A DNA stretch of 64,000 nucleotides, taken from Octopus bimaculoides (lineage: Eukaryota). The notes under the pieces are model-generated. The model saw only the letters and a list, made by a program, of their open reading frames with translations. It was not told the origin of the DNA and ran no database searches. A program made the translations under genes and the position numbers. Every line of letters begins with the position of its first letter. The stretch's first letter is position 1. The stretch is from the NCBI RefSeq assembly GCF_001194135.2, contig NC_068992.1, forward strand, positions 522,099-586,098, written 5' to 3'. This document shows positions 26,386-41,800 of the stretch, piece after piece.

Positions 26386-29335
26386 GGGAAGAAAATAAAA
26401 GAATATACACACACATAAGTATGTGCGTGTATATATATGTCTATATATNNNNNNNNNNNNNNNNNNNNNNNNNNNNNNNNNNNNNNNNNNNNNNNNNNNN
26501 NNNNNNNNNNNNNNNNNNNNNNNNNNNNNNNNNNNNNNNATATATATATATATATATATATATAAAAGTTTGTGTGCACAAGTAGAAAAGATTTGATTGC
26601 TCCACATAAGCGTCATCATAAACATGAAATATTTACTGGTGCACTTGACATCAAATTGTTATGGAAACTCATTTCATAAGTGGAATTTGTCTATTATCTT
26701 TTGCAACGGAACCATTTCAACACATTCCTCTGCCAAGTCTCGAGGGAAAATGTGTAATATTATCAGAAAAATGATTTGTAGTAATAGCTCCAATAATAAG
26801 AGTCGGAGATTGTAGATTCCCCTACTTCTCCAAAGATGCGAGAATTTATAGGCCTCACTGTGATGCACACACATGAAATTATCTACCTCTGGAAAGTGGT
26901 TAACATTGTTTGACAATAGTAGATAATATATTTAGTATCATTTTCCATCGACAACCGACAAATGTCCAGTATTAATAAAGACAGGGTAATTATTATTGTT
27001 ATTTTTATTGCTTGTTTGTGAGCTCAAAGTCACTGACTAAATGGATCTATGTTCAATAGTTCTTCAGGAATGACCATCTCATTTAGCGTTTCCCAGACAT
27101 AATGTCTCGAGGTCTACATTACCGAATATGTCCTTTTCCAAAAACTTTAAAGAAATTACTATGTGATTTAAGTGAAACTTAGCTACTGCTTCTAGCATTT
27201 TGAACCATCATTTAGATTCAACTTGTGATTGTTGTTGTTTTCAGTTTAGCTCAAGGTCGTTAGTATTATTAAGAAGATCAGCAAATAAACGCATTTCAAC
27301 TGTACCTACACTGTTTTCCATTCAGATTAAGTTGACGACGCCAACCTTATCCAATGCATTCTACATGAAGACGACACAGTATGCTTTGAGGGAAAGTTTG
27401 GTGGTACTTTTTAGCACATCGAACAAAAGGGTAGACGCCCTCTCGTTATTCCGAGAACCACCATGTTGAGATGATCATTAATTTTCCCTATACATTCGGT
27501 ACAAACAGATATTCAACCATTTATTGTTCACAGGCAATAAAATTATAATTACTGTCATTACAAAGTTATGAATGCATAGGCACTACACATATCCATAAAT
27601 TCAAAGGTATAATATTGACGTATGAATTATTGCACAGAACAAATGATCGATATTAACTAGAAATAAAACCCATCCATAATATTAAAGCAATTACATTGCC
27701 AATCTGTGAAAAGTTGTATTATTGCATGTATCACTTAAATAGCTTGAAATAGCATTTAAGTACTCTAAAGTACGTTTACAGCTTTGGATCGGAGAATATT
27801 TACATGATTCTCATGATGCATGCTTCCTTACACTCTGTTTCATTATTAAAATATTGAACAGATAAGTAGTAGTCAATAGGAGGCGAATTAACTAATCTTG
27901 ATTCAAATAAATACAAATAACATCAATAAGCTTATATTTTAATTTCTTCTGAGTTGATTTCATCTGATTTTAAATGTTATTAAAAGAATCAAGAATCATT
28001 CGACATCAAACATAGGATTGACACAGTAGGTTCTACTCTGCTTAATTGGTCTATTTTGAAACAACAGAACGTCTCATTACACATTAAAATCTGCATTTAT
28101 CGATCATCTGTATAGCTTGCTTATCGCATGGTTGAAAATCATAACTTCTCACAGATTGATTTGATTATGTTGGAGAGCTTACAAATGGGATGCTTCCCGT
28201 GAATCACTCGAAATAGCATGGATCAAATGTCTAAGCAATGATCGAGTTCGACGAAGCCGCTTCTGAAAGCAAAATATTTTTTGATATAATGTAAAACAGC
28301 TGCCGTACCATGGTCAATTGAATTAACGGGATCATTCAATGTTACCAAACAAATTATTCGTCTCTTGTCATAAGAATACAAAGTACACAAAAGGATATTG
28401 TAAACGACCTGGCTGAAAAATGATTCAAAGTGATTTGAACAAAGAAAATCAACAATTGTGAATGGAAAGACTTGCGATAGGCACTAAAAGAGGGGAGATG
28501 GGCCAAGGCAAACCATTTCATATTACCCCCTGTTTAAATGATTGTCAGTGATGATGATTGTTGAGGGTACACCGTAAATTAGTGGCAGTATCCGCAGTTA
28601 ATTAATTTAGGAACACAAGTTCAAACTTAATAGAACAATTTTGTTTCAATTACTCCATAATCTTGCAATTTCTGGTTGACGTCTCCATGGTTACATTACT
28701 CCAAGCTTAATATTTCGTCATAGTTTCAATAATCCATTAATATTTGCAGAGATTTTAATTTCACCTTTCTTTCCCCACTCTTCATACATATAACTTGTAC
28801 AGAGGAAATGTTTTTAGCAAGATACTAAAACAAAAGGGAGCTCTCCACGATGACCTGACCAATCTGAAATAGCAGCCAAATGTTTCTCAAACCATATTAT
28901 ACCGGCACGAGAAAGAACATACTGGATAATGTATTCTGAGAGTATATCTGAAAGGAAGGAGAGATAATCACGGCTGAAATGCGTTTTATCACAGCGCTGC
29001 ATGACCAGCCGCCATGCGCGATGCAACAAAACTACAGCTGTAAGATCAACTACAACAGAAGAGACAGCAACAACAACAACAACGATAACGCTAGTTTTAT
29101 ATTACATTTGAAGAGAACATAGAAAAGCAACGATGGATCTCATTCTCCCTGGATGTAAGGGCTGTGCACAATTTGTCTGTTAATGAACAGTGTGTTAGTG
29201 AATGTCCAGAATAGATCAGTTGGTGATGTGGATCGAGCAATTTAGTGGCTTGAAGACGAAGAATACGTGAAATACTGAGAAGAGAGCAAATGGCATTGAA
29301 AATATTCCTAAACTTATTCTTGAACAAATATCTTA

Positions 29336-29465
<130 letters not shown>

Positions 29466-30929
29466 ATTTATGATAGTTGGGTCAAACATGAATTTAAAAT
29501 GTATCTACTGCAGTGTAGTCGGAAACGACAACATCAACACAACCGAAGAAGAATCGAAAGATAAAGAAATGTAAAGAAAACTATTGCTGTAGCTATAAAA
29601 GAAATCGTAAATATATAAAGCATTTTTCGTGGATTTATGAACTAAATAATGGTCGTTAATTGCTATTAAAAGGCAAAAGAAGATCCCTCTTCTGGTTAAA
29701 TGAAAAGAATGAAGTTATACTGAGGTGAAACTCATACAACAGTAAATTATTTTACGGTAAAAATCATAGCCATTTAGCCAATAAGCAATATTTATGGATT
29801 ACAAAAGTGCTGTCGATTATAATTAAAAAAACAACAACAAAAAACAAAAAAAAAAAACAAAAACAAAAAAAAAACTAAAAAAACGAAGAAGGAAGGAAAA
29901 AATGTAATTTTATGTTTGAAAATGTAAGCACTTTTCAAATAATGTCACATGGATGTATCTTGTTAGTTCATGGATGCCTTTGATAACAAATGAGGTCCCT
30001 ACTGCTACTGTTGCTGCCCAGCAATCAGGCTGACCGCTCTACTACTATTGTACCATACATGACCTGATTGTTAAACAGCATACTGACAACAAACCTAACA
30101 ACAGCAACAACAACAGCAACAGTAAAACTGTTCTACGAGCTAACTGGGCAAATATAAACACTTGAAATGTATTCCCAGTGAAATCCTTCAAACAAAGATT
30201 ATTCATTTTTAAAGCCACATTTAGCTAACATTAAATAAAAGAAAATCCAAAATAAGGGGATTCTAACGGTGTTTAACAAAATCAGATGAGGATTACGCAA
30301 CAGTGTGAACACCTTGTATTTTGGCAAATTAATTCTTATTTATATGCATTTTTAACAACTGCAGTAGTAGAATTAAAGAAAGGCAAAATAATGAAAACAA
30401 GGCAAATCAAATTTGGTAAACGGACTTTAGATTACGGAAAATTGTCAGTGGAATAGCGTTACTTACCATATGCAAAAAGAGAATTACTCTCACTGCTAAC
30501 AACGAGTGAAAAATAAAACATGAACAATGTTTGGCTACAGTAAAAAGAAAACACTTGAGTAGAAATTATTCACCTCAAACAGTCGCTAAAAGCTGTCACT
30601 GAAAAGCTCCTACTTCAGAAAAAAAAATAGCTGAAAGAAGAAAAATAATAAAGCAGAAAATTTAATTGAATTGATAGAGTCCTATATCTCCGCCAGCAAT
30701 TTACGGAGGTAAAGGACTCTCCGAATGGTTCCTTCTCAGAAAGATAGAAAGTTGTTTTTGAGAAAAACTTCGAGTGAGGCAAATAAGCTAAAAAAAGAGA
30801 TTCTACAAGAAATTTGAAAACAAATTATAATTCTCTGTATTAAACTAAAAGTATACAACGTCAATGGCGATACCTTTGAGATAGTGATTAAAAAGTATCA
30901 TGATAGGCAAGCACCAGTAAAAGAATTAT

Positions 30930-31550
30930 GTGTCAGATTCTGATAGATAAAAAGACATTTTATTGGAAGTAATTTATATACTAACTTTGCAGCAATACCT
31001 CGGATTGGAGGTGTTTGATCCTGGTCTTCTCTAATATATCGGTACATCATCCTCACTATGTCTTGTTGATCATCATCGCATCCTTCTAATACAGCTCTTC
31101 TCATTGTTTCTGCTTCATTCACTGACAATGTCTTTACACTTGTACTTGGCCCTACATCTTCACTGCCACCATTCATGTCTGCATCCTTATTAGACACGCA
31201 ATCTGCTGGTGCAGTATTATCATTGTTTTCTATTTTCCTTTTCAGTTCTTCTTCAATTCCCACGTCTGTTAGCCACCCATTTTTTTTCCTTGTTGCTTTT
31301 GCCTTGTCAGCTAACTGTTTAAAGAGTCCTCTATCAACCCGTTCTGATTTCATGCATTTTCAGAATCCCTTTTTACTGGCTTCACTTCTGATTCTGAATT
31401 GAATTGCTCTTTGGTTTTGCAGGCGTATCCCACCTTTTTATCTGCCTCTGACTTTGGGCACAAGCAGTCTCTGGATGCCAACCGAGCCTGCGCTACTTAA
31501 GCACAGGAGACCTGCCAGCTGAAAGACCTTCATGGTCGGTTCCATTCTTA
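30930..31550 (-). mobile_element. Degenerate N-terminal ORF region of an R4/Dong-type retrotransposon
   Basis: Across frameshifts: WHPETACAQSQRQIKRW, KGILKMHEI, DRGLFKQLADKAKATRKKNGWLTDVGIEEELKRKIEN; resembles the recalled R4-clade N-terminal pattern MHxIWxERGxF..QRLADQARAIRKNGWL. Confidence 0.6.
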
Positions 31551-32291
31551 TTCATACTATTGTTCAATAAATTTATATTGGACATTTTCACGCTATATCG
31601 CAGTTTGTGTTTTAAGATTCGCCACCAGCCATTTTTGTTTTATAGAGACACCATCTCTAGTAAGATGTCAAACAAGATGGAAGATCTCTTACTACTCTTA
31701 CGTTGAGACTATTCCTATTCTTATTTCTGAGTGTTGGGGATCATAGGCCCTTGCCATATATATAATGTCTATGATTCTCACTGGGAAACAGATAGTGTCG
31801 TTTGGTACCCGTACCCTCATCCGACAATTATTCGGGAACTAGCTCACGACTCTTGGTTCATCCGCCTTTATCACAAGGACGAATCCGTTTGGCCACTGAG
31901 AAATTTTCCCCAAGGTGGTTAAGTATTCCTGTCTACTCCAATTTTTAAATCAGAGTGTTCCTTCTCCTAGACTGACTACTGACCAAACCTAAGGAGTTTT
32001 GTCTAGCCGTTTTTGGATGACTATTAACTCTTCCAAGTTCCTCTGCGCTATACTGGGTTGTGTTTTTCAACCCGTAGGATGTCCAAAAACAATATTTTTG
32101 GGTATTATGCTGTGTCGTTGCGCTCTTTCAGTGATTAAGAATCTCACTTAGGCGGACAATCATTATCCAACCTTGGCGCATGTGCAGTTATATATCATAC
32201 TTTACAGATCCTTGCAACAATTAAAATTCTCCACCTTAGTATATTCGTATATTCTCCCTCCAACACTTATAGTTGTATCGGAAAGTAAAGG

Positions 32292-32585
32292 GTTAAAACC
32301 CCCTTCGGTTATGAATGGCCATGGGATTGCACAGAGAATATTACCCTCCGAGGCACAAATCCGAGCAAGGTTGTGTATGCCCATGAATATCAGTCACCCC
32401 ACCTCACACCACCGATGTTTTCCAAGGGAAAGGCGAAGACCGATACAGCTTGGCACCAGTGACGTCGCAATTAATTTCTGCAGCTGAGTGAACTAGAGTA
32501 ACAGGAAACACAACACACAGCCCAGTCCGGGAATCGAACTCACTACCTCATGATTATGAGCCCGACGCTCTAACCACTGGGCCAG
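32292..32585 (-). mobile_element. tRNA-derived SINE type C, near full length
   Basis: Minus strand: ggcccagtggttagagcgtcgggc (A box)..gagttcgattcc (B box)..ttcactcagctg core; tail shared with 2221-2415. Confidence 0.9.
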
Positions 32586-33928
32586 TAGACAATATACTGT
32601 CTGGTCAAGCGAGTGACGAGGCAAATAATAACCGAAACATTCTCACCGAATACGTTCCGGTAAATATGTCATGTCACATCACTAACAGTTTGCTTTCTGG
32701 TCTGTGTCAAATGGATTATAAGTCAATGCAGGTCAGATAACAAAATTATTTAAAATGAACCTGAAGGCGACCAACAATTAGCTTGTAGAAGTCTTTGAAA
32801 TCGTGGGCCAGTCGACTGTTTCGACATCGTGTTTTTCTTTGTCTATGCAAACCATACACTCCGATGTCACTGATGTCACATCGTCTACTTAACAGCAAAT
32901 TGATCTGCTTCAAATTACTGCCAATACATGTGCGTTTGTGTAGATATATGTATCTCTGCTACATGGCCATTCTATGATATGTTTTCTACATTCATAAAAT
33001 TTACATGTCTGCTTAAAATGATGACAAGACAGGTAATATTTGAGGAGAAGTCACGACTCTCCTATTTTTGCGACCATTTTCAAAAGTATTTTCCCGATTG
33101 TTGTTATCATGCGTTACTAACTACAATAATTCCTGGGGTGAAATATAATATCGAGATGAATTGACTGCGGTACAAAGGTACAGGTCTAGGAGCATTATTA
33201 AATATACAAGATCATAATTTCTTTGGAGATACAACGTTGATATTCACTTTCAGAAATAATCAGATGAATGCAATTTTAAATGCATCAACATCTATAGATA
33301 CGGAGAATATTACGAAAGCGCGAGTATGTTTAAATGTGAACGGTGAGGGGGGAATTGTTACGATGATAAAGCATTGCAATGAATGCGAATATGTGTTGTA
33401 GAACAAGCTGCGTTGATCTCTCGGTACTCATTATAAACCATTCATAGAAATGATACCATAAAAGCAACGCTATTTGTGTTGTATTCAGTGCACACGAGCG
33501 ACTGAAATGTCAAATGAATTCCATTATAACTATAAGTTAAAGCAGAATATTTTCGATCTCAGTATTTTAAAAGCATGTAGTAAACTCCAACGTACTGATG
33601 TCAATGATAAATGATGACAGATGCTGTGTTTCAATTTCAGTGAATCGTCAATGGTTTGAAGTTAGGCTTCATTTTGTGGGAAATTTCATTGCATGATCAT
33701 AACTCATTAATTGAATATTTATATGTACCTGTGTACCTACTTTATATATTCGTACATACATTTACACATATGTATTTGTATGTGTATATATATATATGTA
33801 TTAAATATATATATATATATATGTGTGCGTATATGTGTATATATATGACCGTATATGTTTATATTATATGTGTATATATGTGTGCCAATATATATATAAT
33901 TTATGCGTGCACACGTGTGTGTATTCGT

Positions 33929-34034
<106 letters not shown>

Positions 34035-34519
34035 TTGAGTGAGTGTGTGTGTATGTGTATCTATCTATGTATATTTATAGATATATGCTGAACTGCACAT
34101 TTGTTTGAAATAATTTATTTCTTATTGGTTAAAAATAGAAGCTCTATATTTTGATGAGGTTGTATTTAGTAGCTGTGACATCTAATCTTAGTACGTATTA
34201 GTTACATAAAATGTTTCATGAGACATTTTAGATTTCAATAGGTCCTTTAAAAAAATCAAACGCAACATATTAGTTGCATTTTGGTCAATTCGTCGTTGAG
34301 GAAACTTATCGTGTTGAAAACGAAAAGATGACGATATTTCTCTGAGTGCTGTTATAATAAAAACAGTGAAGCATCGGGTGGAACGATACTGAAATTGCTG
34401 GGAGCCTGGGAAAGCTGAATTTCAGCGACTAGTAAAGTAAGAAAATTATTTCATTAATATAAATAATAAGACAGAGAGCGAGAGAAAATGATAGAAAGTG
34501 TGAGCGAGAGGGAAAAATA

Positions 34520-34581
<62 letters not shown>

Positions 34582-36706
34582 GGGAAAGACCGCACCTATA
34601 TTTTTGATACAAGAATTGAGCAGGGTGTTTTTTATCTGTTGTAGATGTAATGATTGTTTCGTAATAAATTAAAGAATAAATGAAGACACATTAACCTAAT
34701 TAAAACACATTTTTGTCTATTTTAAATCTAAAAGTATTTTCTGAGCACTTCATTTATTCTTTGATATATTTTCAGTTAACAACAATGCCAAAATCTTCTC
34801 TGTATGTGTGTGTGTGTGTGTGTGTGTGTGAATCTGTCTCTCTGTCTCTCTCTCTCTCTCTCTAACTGTCTGTCTGTTTGTCTTTCTCACTCTCTGTCAT
34901 CTAATTCACTTGCTACTTCTTTATCTGATTCTGTCCTCTTTGATATTTACTTAATGATAATTAGATAATTAGTTATACTAATTCTTAATAAGATTGCAAT
35001 AGTCACAGTTCCACGAGGGGCGATCTGCATAATTTCGATTACAGCATTCACTCTGCCAAAGACATCATCTCAGGCATTTATCGTTACACAAAACCTGTAA
35101 TTTTCCATTTGTGATACAAGAATCTCTGCTGGAATTAAACTATCCCATACCCTACTTATTTTAACTTTCACTTGGCACTTTGATAACAAACCTAATTTGT
35201 ATCAATAACAAATTACAAGGACAATGTAATTACAAAGACAAGGTACATAGTTTCAAAATAATTTTCACTAATTAAAAATACAAACTTGTAATGTATTTGT
35301 TGACGTCATTTTGGTGACTTCTCTAATTGTTGTAGGTTGTCGAGGCCATTCAGTGGTTCCTACACATTTACATCACAAGTTTACGTTATGATTACAGAAT
35401 AACATGAAGAACAATGAGATAACTATCTACTTTTCATAGAAATTATTAAATAATTTATGTATTTCATACGTTAGGCAGTAAAATTCCTGAGTCATTACAA
35501 AAGGCCAGAGGTCCATCCTTCCATGAAACAGACAGACTAATGCTGCAATAAAAATGGATCGCATGGCTAAAATCCCCATATTGTGTTCGTTAGGTAGAAA
35601 GTATCACAGCTTGCAGCATTTTGAGATAAGGCTGAGACATTGGGATTTCAATGGCTCATACCATTTTGATTGTGAATAGATATTGTAAATACATATTAGC
35701 ACGCTTCTACAAGCTGTAAAACGTGTGCTTTCTAGAGTATACTAACACAGCTTGAAATCCTATATCAGTGACACCTTCGCTATTGACGGGGAATTCGCTG
35801 ACATATCTGGCGCTGCAGCATAGACTATAACATGAGGATGTATATAAAACTCATATTGAGTAATAAAGCTTACTGTCATGCAAAGGTGTACTGAAAATAA
35901 AAATATAGAATAAATACTGAAAAAGACAGCAGCTTTACAGTTACTGAATGGCATTAATACATTTCCCTCGTGATCTTGGGACTTGGTTTATAACAGAAAT
36001 AAGGTCAGCAATATACGGACATTTATATATTATATATATTCAAGTTCGGGAATATCCAAGCTCTTGTTCATTTGTCAATGTAACAGACGATGGAATAGAC
36101 ACCCAATAGGTATCTACATTAAAACCTCGTCTTGGCCAAGTATCTTAGCCTCATTCCTGTAATCGGTATACAATTTTTACCAGTCTTAATACCTAATATC
36201 CAATTACATAACATCTGTCTTTCTAACAAAAATATCTATTACTCACAACTAATTGAGGTGAATTTTAGCATGAATACTATAAACAGGGAATCCAGAGATG
36301 AATCAACTAGCGTGATTTATCCGTTTTACGACGGTTTTGTATTTCGTTCTGCGGAATTTTATTAAGACTACGTGTCTCATTATATCTAGTTATGAAAGCG
36401 ATTATAATTCAGGTTTCTGAGCAGTTGTAATTCTGAGGAATATTAAAATATTTCATGAATTTATGGACGACGCAAAGAAAGAAAAAAAAAAACAAAGCAA
36501 AGCAAATTTTTGCTTTATTTTTTCATTTTCCACAAAAAAGTTCCTCAGAGTACAGAAAAATGAAAAGAAGGAAATATTGACAAGTTGCATAGAAAGGAGA
36601 GACAATAACAAGAATACAATGAAGCAAATCTAAAAAGTAATTTTAATATACTTCATATATAGCATTGAATTAATTCTATTTTGATTAGAATTTTAAAGAA
36701 AGTGAA

Positions 36707-36768
<62 letters not shown>

Positions 36769-38254
36769 TATAAGGACAATAAAATGATATAAATAAATTT
36801 AAAAAAAGGAAAAGAAAAGCAAAAGTAGTCTCCTATTTCTTTTCAAAATCATTCCAGCGTTGGTTTTTACTGCTAAGCGCGTAAAGCCAATTCAAAGTTC
36901 TAATCTTGTTAAGATAAGAAATAATGGCGATGGCTCTTAGAATTCCTCACATAAAAATGCTGATAAATCATCATCTATTGAACAACAAAAAAGAAAAGTT
37001 GGTGTCTTAGGTTACCGAAAAAAATCATATGATGTTTTTTCTTATTGAATTCAAAATATTGATCAGAGAAGCACATTTTTATGACAGCATTCTTTTTCCT
37101 TTAATTGGCTTTCTCTACTTACTTTGATTTCTATTACTTACCACCAACCATTGACTCTATCCCCGATAAGTACCTCACCAACACAGACATCGACTCACCC
37201 CCACACATGTATACGTGATGTATATAGGAGTGTGTAATACAGACACAAGCAGACAGCTATACTCCAAACATATTTATTAATCGCTATACATTTGTAAACA
37301 ATGTAATGTGAAAATTAAATGCTAAGAAATACTTATNNNNNNNNNNGTGTGTGTGTGTGTGTGTATGTATGTGTGTGTGTGAGTGTGTTCTTACAGTTAT
37401 ATGCATATATTTATATACGTATGTAAGCACGAAGGCAGAAACGCGTGGGACTAAACGTGTTGGTAGCGGCGGTTTCTTAATGCTGTAAGTAGCTCATGAA
37501 ACGACAGGAAGTTAATATCATATGAAACCATTAAATAAAGAAATAAGTTCCAAATTGAAATCTAACAACAAAACTAAAACTTTTCTGCTGATTTTCTAGA
37601 AATCTGTTTCTCCTTCTGAATGTCAGTTGTCTCCCTTTATTTTAGACCTCTCTACGGAACTTAACTTGCTGATAATCGATTTTAACTGAAAGATCAACGC
37701 TGTTCACCTTAATTCTCTAATTATTTTTTAAGCAAAGCACGTGAAAATTCCTGCAGTCATGAAAAGCTGCTAAATTTAATCCTTGAATAATCGACAGTTA
37801 AATGATTTCCAAGTACGCAAATGAAAACGAAAGAAACAACTAGCACTTTAAGACGTGCAAATTTAATCTAGTAAAGGTAATTTAATTTCTAACCTGCATC
37901 CTCTACCTGAGTTGCTAAAAAATGAGAAAGACCAGTTGTCATTCTCCTGGTGCTCTTCAATACACCAAAATGCAAATGCAACAAGCAAGAATACTAGCAG
38001 TCCTTGTATTTGTTTTCTTTTTATGTCTAAACAAGTCTCAACGCAACCGTCATTTGCTTGCAAAGCTGCCAGGTATATTGTTGTATCTGCAACCCGGAAT
38101 AGTAAACAGTGTCAGCATTAAAGAAGCAATTTCCCACGTTTTGAGTTCAATCCTTCAACAGCGGATTTATTGTGATTTATCTGAAGGTCTTCCGCAGTTT
38201 TTATTTCAATTCTTATTTCGTCACTTTTCCAGTCCAAGTTTCTTGTTTATTCTT

Positions 38255-38648
38255 TTATTCTTTTACTTGTTTCAATTATTTGACTGCGGTCATGTTGGAG
38301 CACCGCCTCGAAGAATATATATTTATCTTTCTATATTTTACTATTCTTCTTTTACTTGTTTCAGTCATTAGACTGAGGCCATGCTAGGGCACCACCTTGA
38401 AGAATTTTTAGTGGAATGTATCGACTCCAGTACTTATTTGTTTTTTAAAAACTGGTCCTTATTCCATCGGTCAGGTTTGCCAAACTGCTAAATTACGGAG
38501 ACGTAAACACACCAGCATCGGTTGTCAAGCTGTATGGAGGGACAAACATAGACACAAAGACACAGGCATAGGTATATATATNNNNNNNNNNNNNNNNNNN
38601 NNNNNNNNNNNNNNNNNNNNNNNNNNNNNNNNNNNNNNNNNNNNNNNN

Positions 38649-38679
<31 letters not shown>

Positions 38680-38860
38680 ATATATACATATACACATTTA
38701 AATGACAGGTTTGCTGCAGTTTCCGTCCACCAGATCCACTCATAAGGCTTCGGTCGACCCGACGCTGTAGCAGAAGACATTTGCCCAAAGTGCCACGCAG
38801 TGGGACAGAACCCCGAACCATGTGGTTGGAAAGCAAACTTCTTACCTCACAACCAAACCT
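38255..38860 (-). mobile_element. SINE type B copy with duplicated 3' tail
   Basis: Reverse complement of the 13664 family; terminal cttttacttgtttca..gactg.gg.catg.t.g.gcacc.cct occurs twice (38255-38310 and 38345-38400). Confidence 0.85.
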
Positions 38861-41800
38861 GCGTATATTATTAAAAAAAAATTTAACAAAATCCCTAATG
38901 ACAGTCGGTGAATTGTTAGTGAGTCTCCATTCTAAAATTTCAATAAATAAAGAAAAATTATGGAAGAGTAAATCGTTCAGATTCTCAATCCCTCTAAATT
39001 ATAGTTTTGTGTGATTGTAAGAACGTAAACGAAGTAATCCCACTTTTTAGATTCAAATTTCAAATTCCAAATTCTTCTTAGATCAACTTTTATATCTACT
39101 CCTGATCTTAAAATAAACACCATGAAATGAATTGGTTTTATCGAATATCAACAAAACTTAACAGTGACCCAATTTAAAGAAACTTCCGTTAATTTCTAAG
39201 TAACGAAGTTCTTAAAGATGTTAGCGAATTGGATGGGATGCGTGATTTTTAATTCTGTACAGTTCGCCACTCACGTCTACAACTCCTTCTTAGGGTTACC
39301 GAAGTGTATGTATCAATGTGTGTGTATGAGCGGAGGTCATACAATTTTATTTAAAATGATAATAAAGGAAACTTCAAACAGATGAAAGTAAAATCAAGGT
39401 ATTTTCTTTTGAACATTTTCCCCCATTTGAACTTCTCAGAAATCGAAGATGTTCATTGGTGAGTATCATTAAGTAAGAGTGTAGCTACTGAGTTTTGTGG
39501 CATAGTTTCGATTCCAGATTGATGCACTTCGCTTTACTAAAATTACTAATATAATAAAATATTGCATGTTTGAGTCTAGCAAAACAAATTAATGCCATTC
39601 TGAAACTAAACATAAATTAAAATTACAGAAAACTTTCAAGCAGAACTCAGCACTTCCCATTTAATTTTGTGTTTATTTTCAATTTTTCTGATATGTTTTC
39701 GACTGAAATTTAAAACTTCTAATCTTATCAGCGCTTCATTTCGCATTTAAAACTTGCTACGCTTAACACACCTATCGCCTATACGGAACTAAATAAATTA
39801 AGAACTATAAATATATGAATTTCTTTTGATCACTCGAAAATCAATGTTTAAATGAGAATAACCAAAGTCTAGCTAAACGACTTTTGTATAATGCCGCTAC
39901 TGTTTTTATCGAGCTCTCTACGATAAAAGGTAAAGCCAATCCTGACACTGCAGTATTTGAGTTCAAACGATAGATTTATTGCTCTTATTTTATATTAATT
40001 TGTGAACAATAGTGAGATGTTACAAACATTTAAATTAATTGATGTTATTGGTGTTATCTCTAGTGATTATTGATTTTAAGAAATACTATCGGGAAGTTTT
40101 TCGCTACTAATTGCATAGAAAATCACAGTCAACCGAAGCTTTTAACTCACTACATTATACACAAAGGAAGCCTATCGTATTTACCTATTTCGTATTCATT
40201 AATAGTGACACTGCATGCCCTGCAGTTTTTGTATATTGACGTTCCTTATTTTTATGAACTACGGTGAAATAGTCTCATAAGACGAACTATAACGTTTCTT
40301 TTACTAAATGACTTAAACATTATTCTACTGTCAGTATGTTTTCCAAAATTTCAATTATTGGAGTTATCTCCACTGTTCATTTTACTTCTCTACATTTAAA
40401 GCACATATAAAGAAAGATTACATACATGAGAGATTAGCATATTTATATTTAGTATTCGAATAGCACCCTTAAGTATTTCTCATAACTGTATTCATGGCAT
40501 TTAGTCATGCTAATCGAGCAGAATATACTTTGTTAAGCAGGTCCAATAAAATCAAAAGATGTCCGCTGTTTTTTTAGATCTACTCTCATTCTTCTTTTTC
40601 TATGTTTTTCAAAATTTCATTTAACACATTTTATTGTAGTTATATCTTGAAAAAAGCTGCTGTCCCCTTTATTTCGATTGGTTCTGCTTATTTCGTTCCA
40701 TTTGTTCATCTAATAAGGAAGTGACAAGATACGTATATCGTGGTCTTTTGAGAAAGACGTGTGCTGTATGTGCAGAGAAAGAACGAAAAGACCTATATAA
40801 ATACAGAGGTAAATATAGAAATAAAACATAGAGTAATACAAGAACGCTAAGTATTCCACTGGGAAGCCATATTGATTTTCTCTCGGATTTTCCTCTCTTA
40901 CTCTTTCAACCATCATTTATTGCCCTCTGCTAATTGTGTCAGCTGTTTCTCAGAATGTTTAATTGATATCTATGCTTAAATAGAATTCTATTACTCTCAA
41001 ACTTAGTTTTAATTTCACTTTATACAGCGGTTGAGTTAACGTCACTAATATACGCAGTCAGGTAATTTGGCGCCAGATAACGATTTTAATCAATGATGCC
41101 CCACAGCCAAAACAACCGGGTCTATTCAAACTATAACCTTTGACGATAAAACTCTCATTTAATGTCTAATTACGACATTAGGCTGCCACAGAATCTAAAA
41201 CGGTTTGTCGGATAATCTACAAATAATTTCGCCGGAGAGGAAAAGCTTTCGAAATCTGACTTTCACAAATAAGCCTAATCTAAATGTTTACGGATATCAT
41301 TGTTGCTGATAATAGAAGATAAGTTTAATTTCCAGTGAGAAAATCTATTTGGGAAAGTAAAGTTGTTTGATTGCAAAGAAAACTGAACTCTTTTAATACG
41401 TATATGTGAATTTCAAGCCAATGGTGGAGAATAGGCGTTATTCTAAAATAAAAAAAAAGTACAGAAACTACAGTGGTTAATTTTATTATATTTTCATAAT
41501 ATTAATGGAAGAAATTTTATGGTGTTCGTTGTGGGGAGGGGGTGGATATTTTACGCCAGAAACTTTCACTTAAAATACTCCAATTGCTTATTCCTCGGTT
41601 GCATTCTCGGTAGATAATAATATTACATGTGAATGAAGGATAATAATTCACGACGGAAAAGAGACAACTGGTGGCAATATAAATCCCATAACCAATTGTG
41701 TTAGAGAAGCAGAACTGGAATAAATGTTCTTTATATTGTCTACTTGAAACATATATGTTTGGTGAAGCTCATCTTTCTCTAAGCTATGCTCACAGGTAAT

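Noticed and set aside
35760-35954. Minus-strand ORF or exon candidate
   Set aside because: No recognisable protein and ambiguous splice sites.
37863-38371. Overlapping 66-149 aa ORFs with hydrophobic stretches
   Set aside because: 3' part runs into a SINE tail; hydrophobicity follows T-rich composition; no motif.
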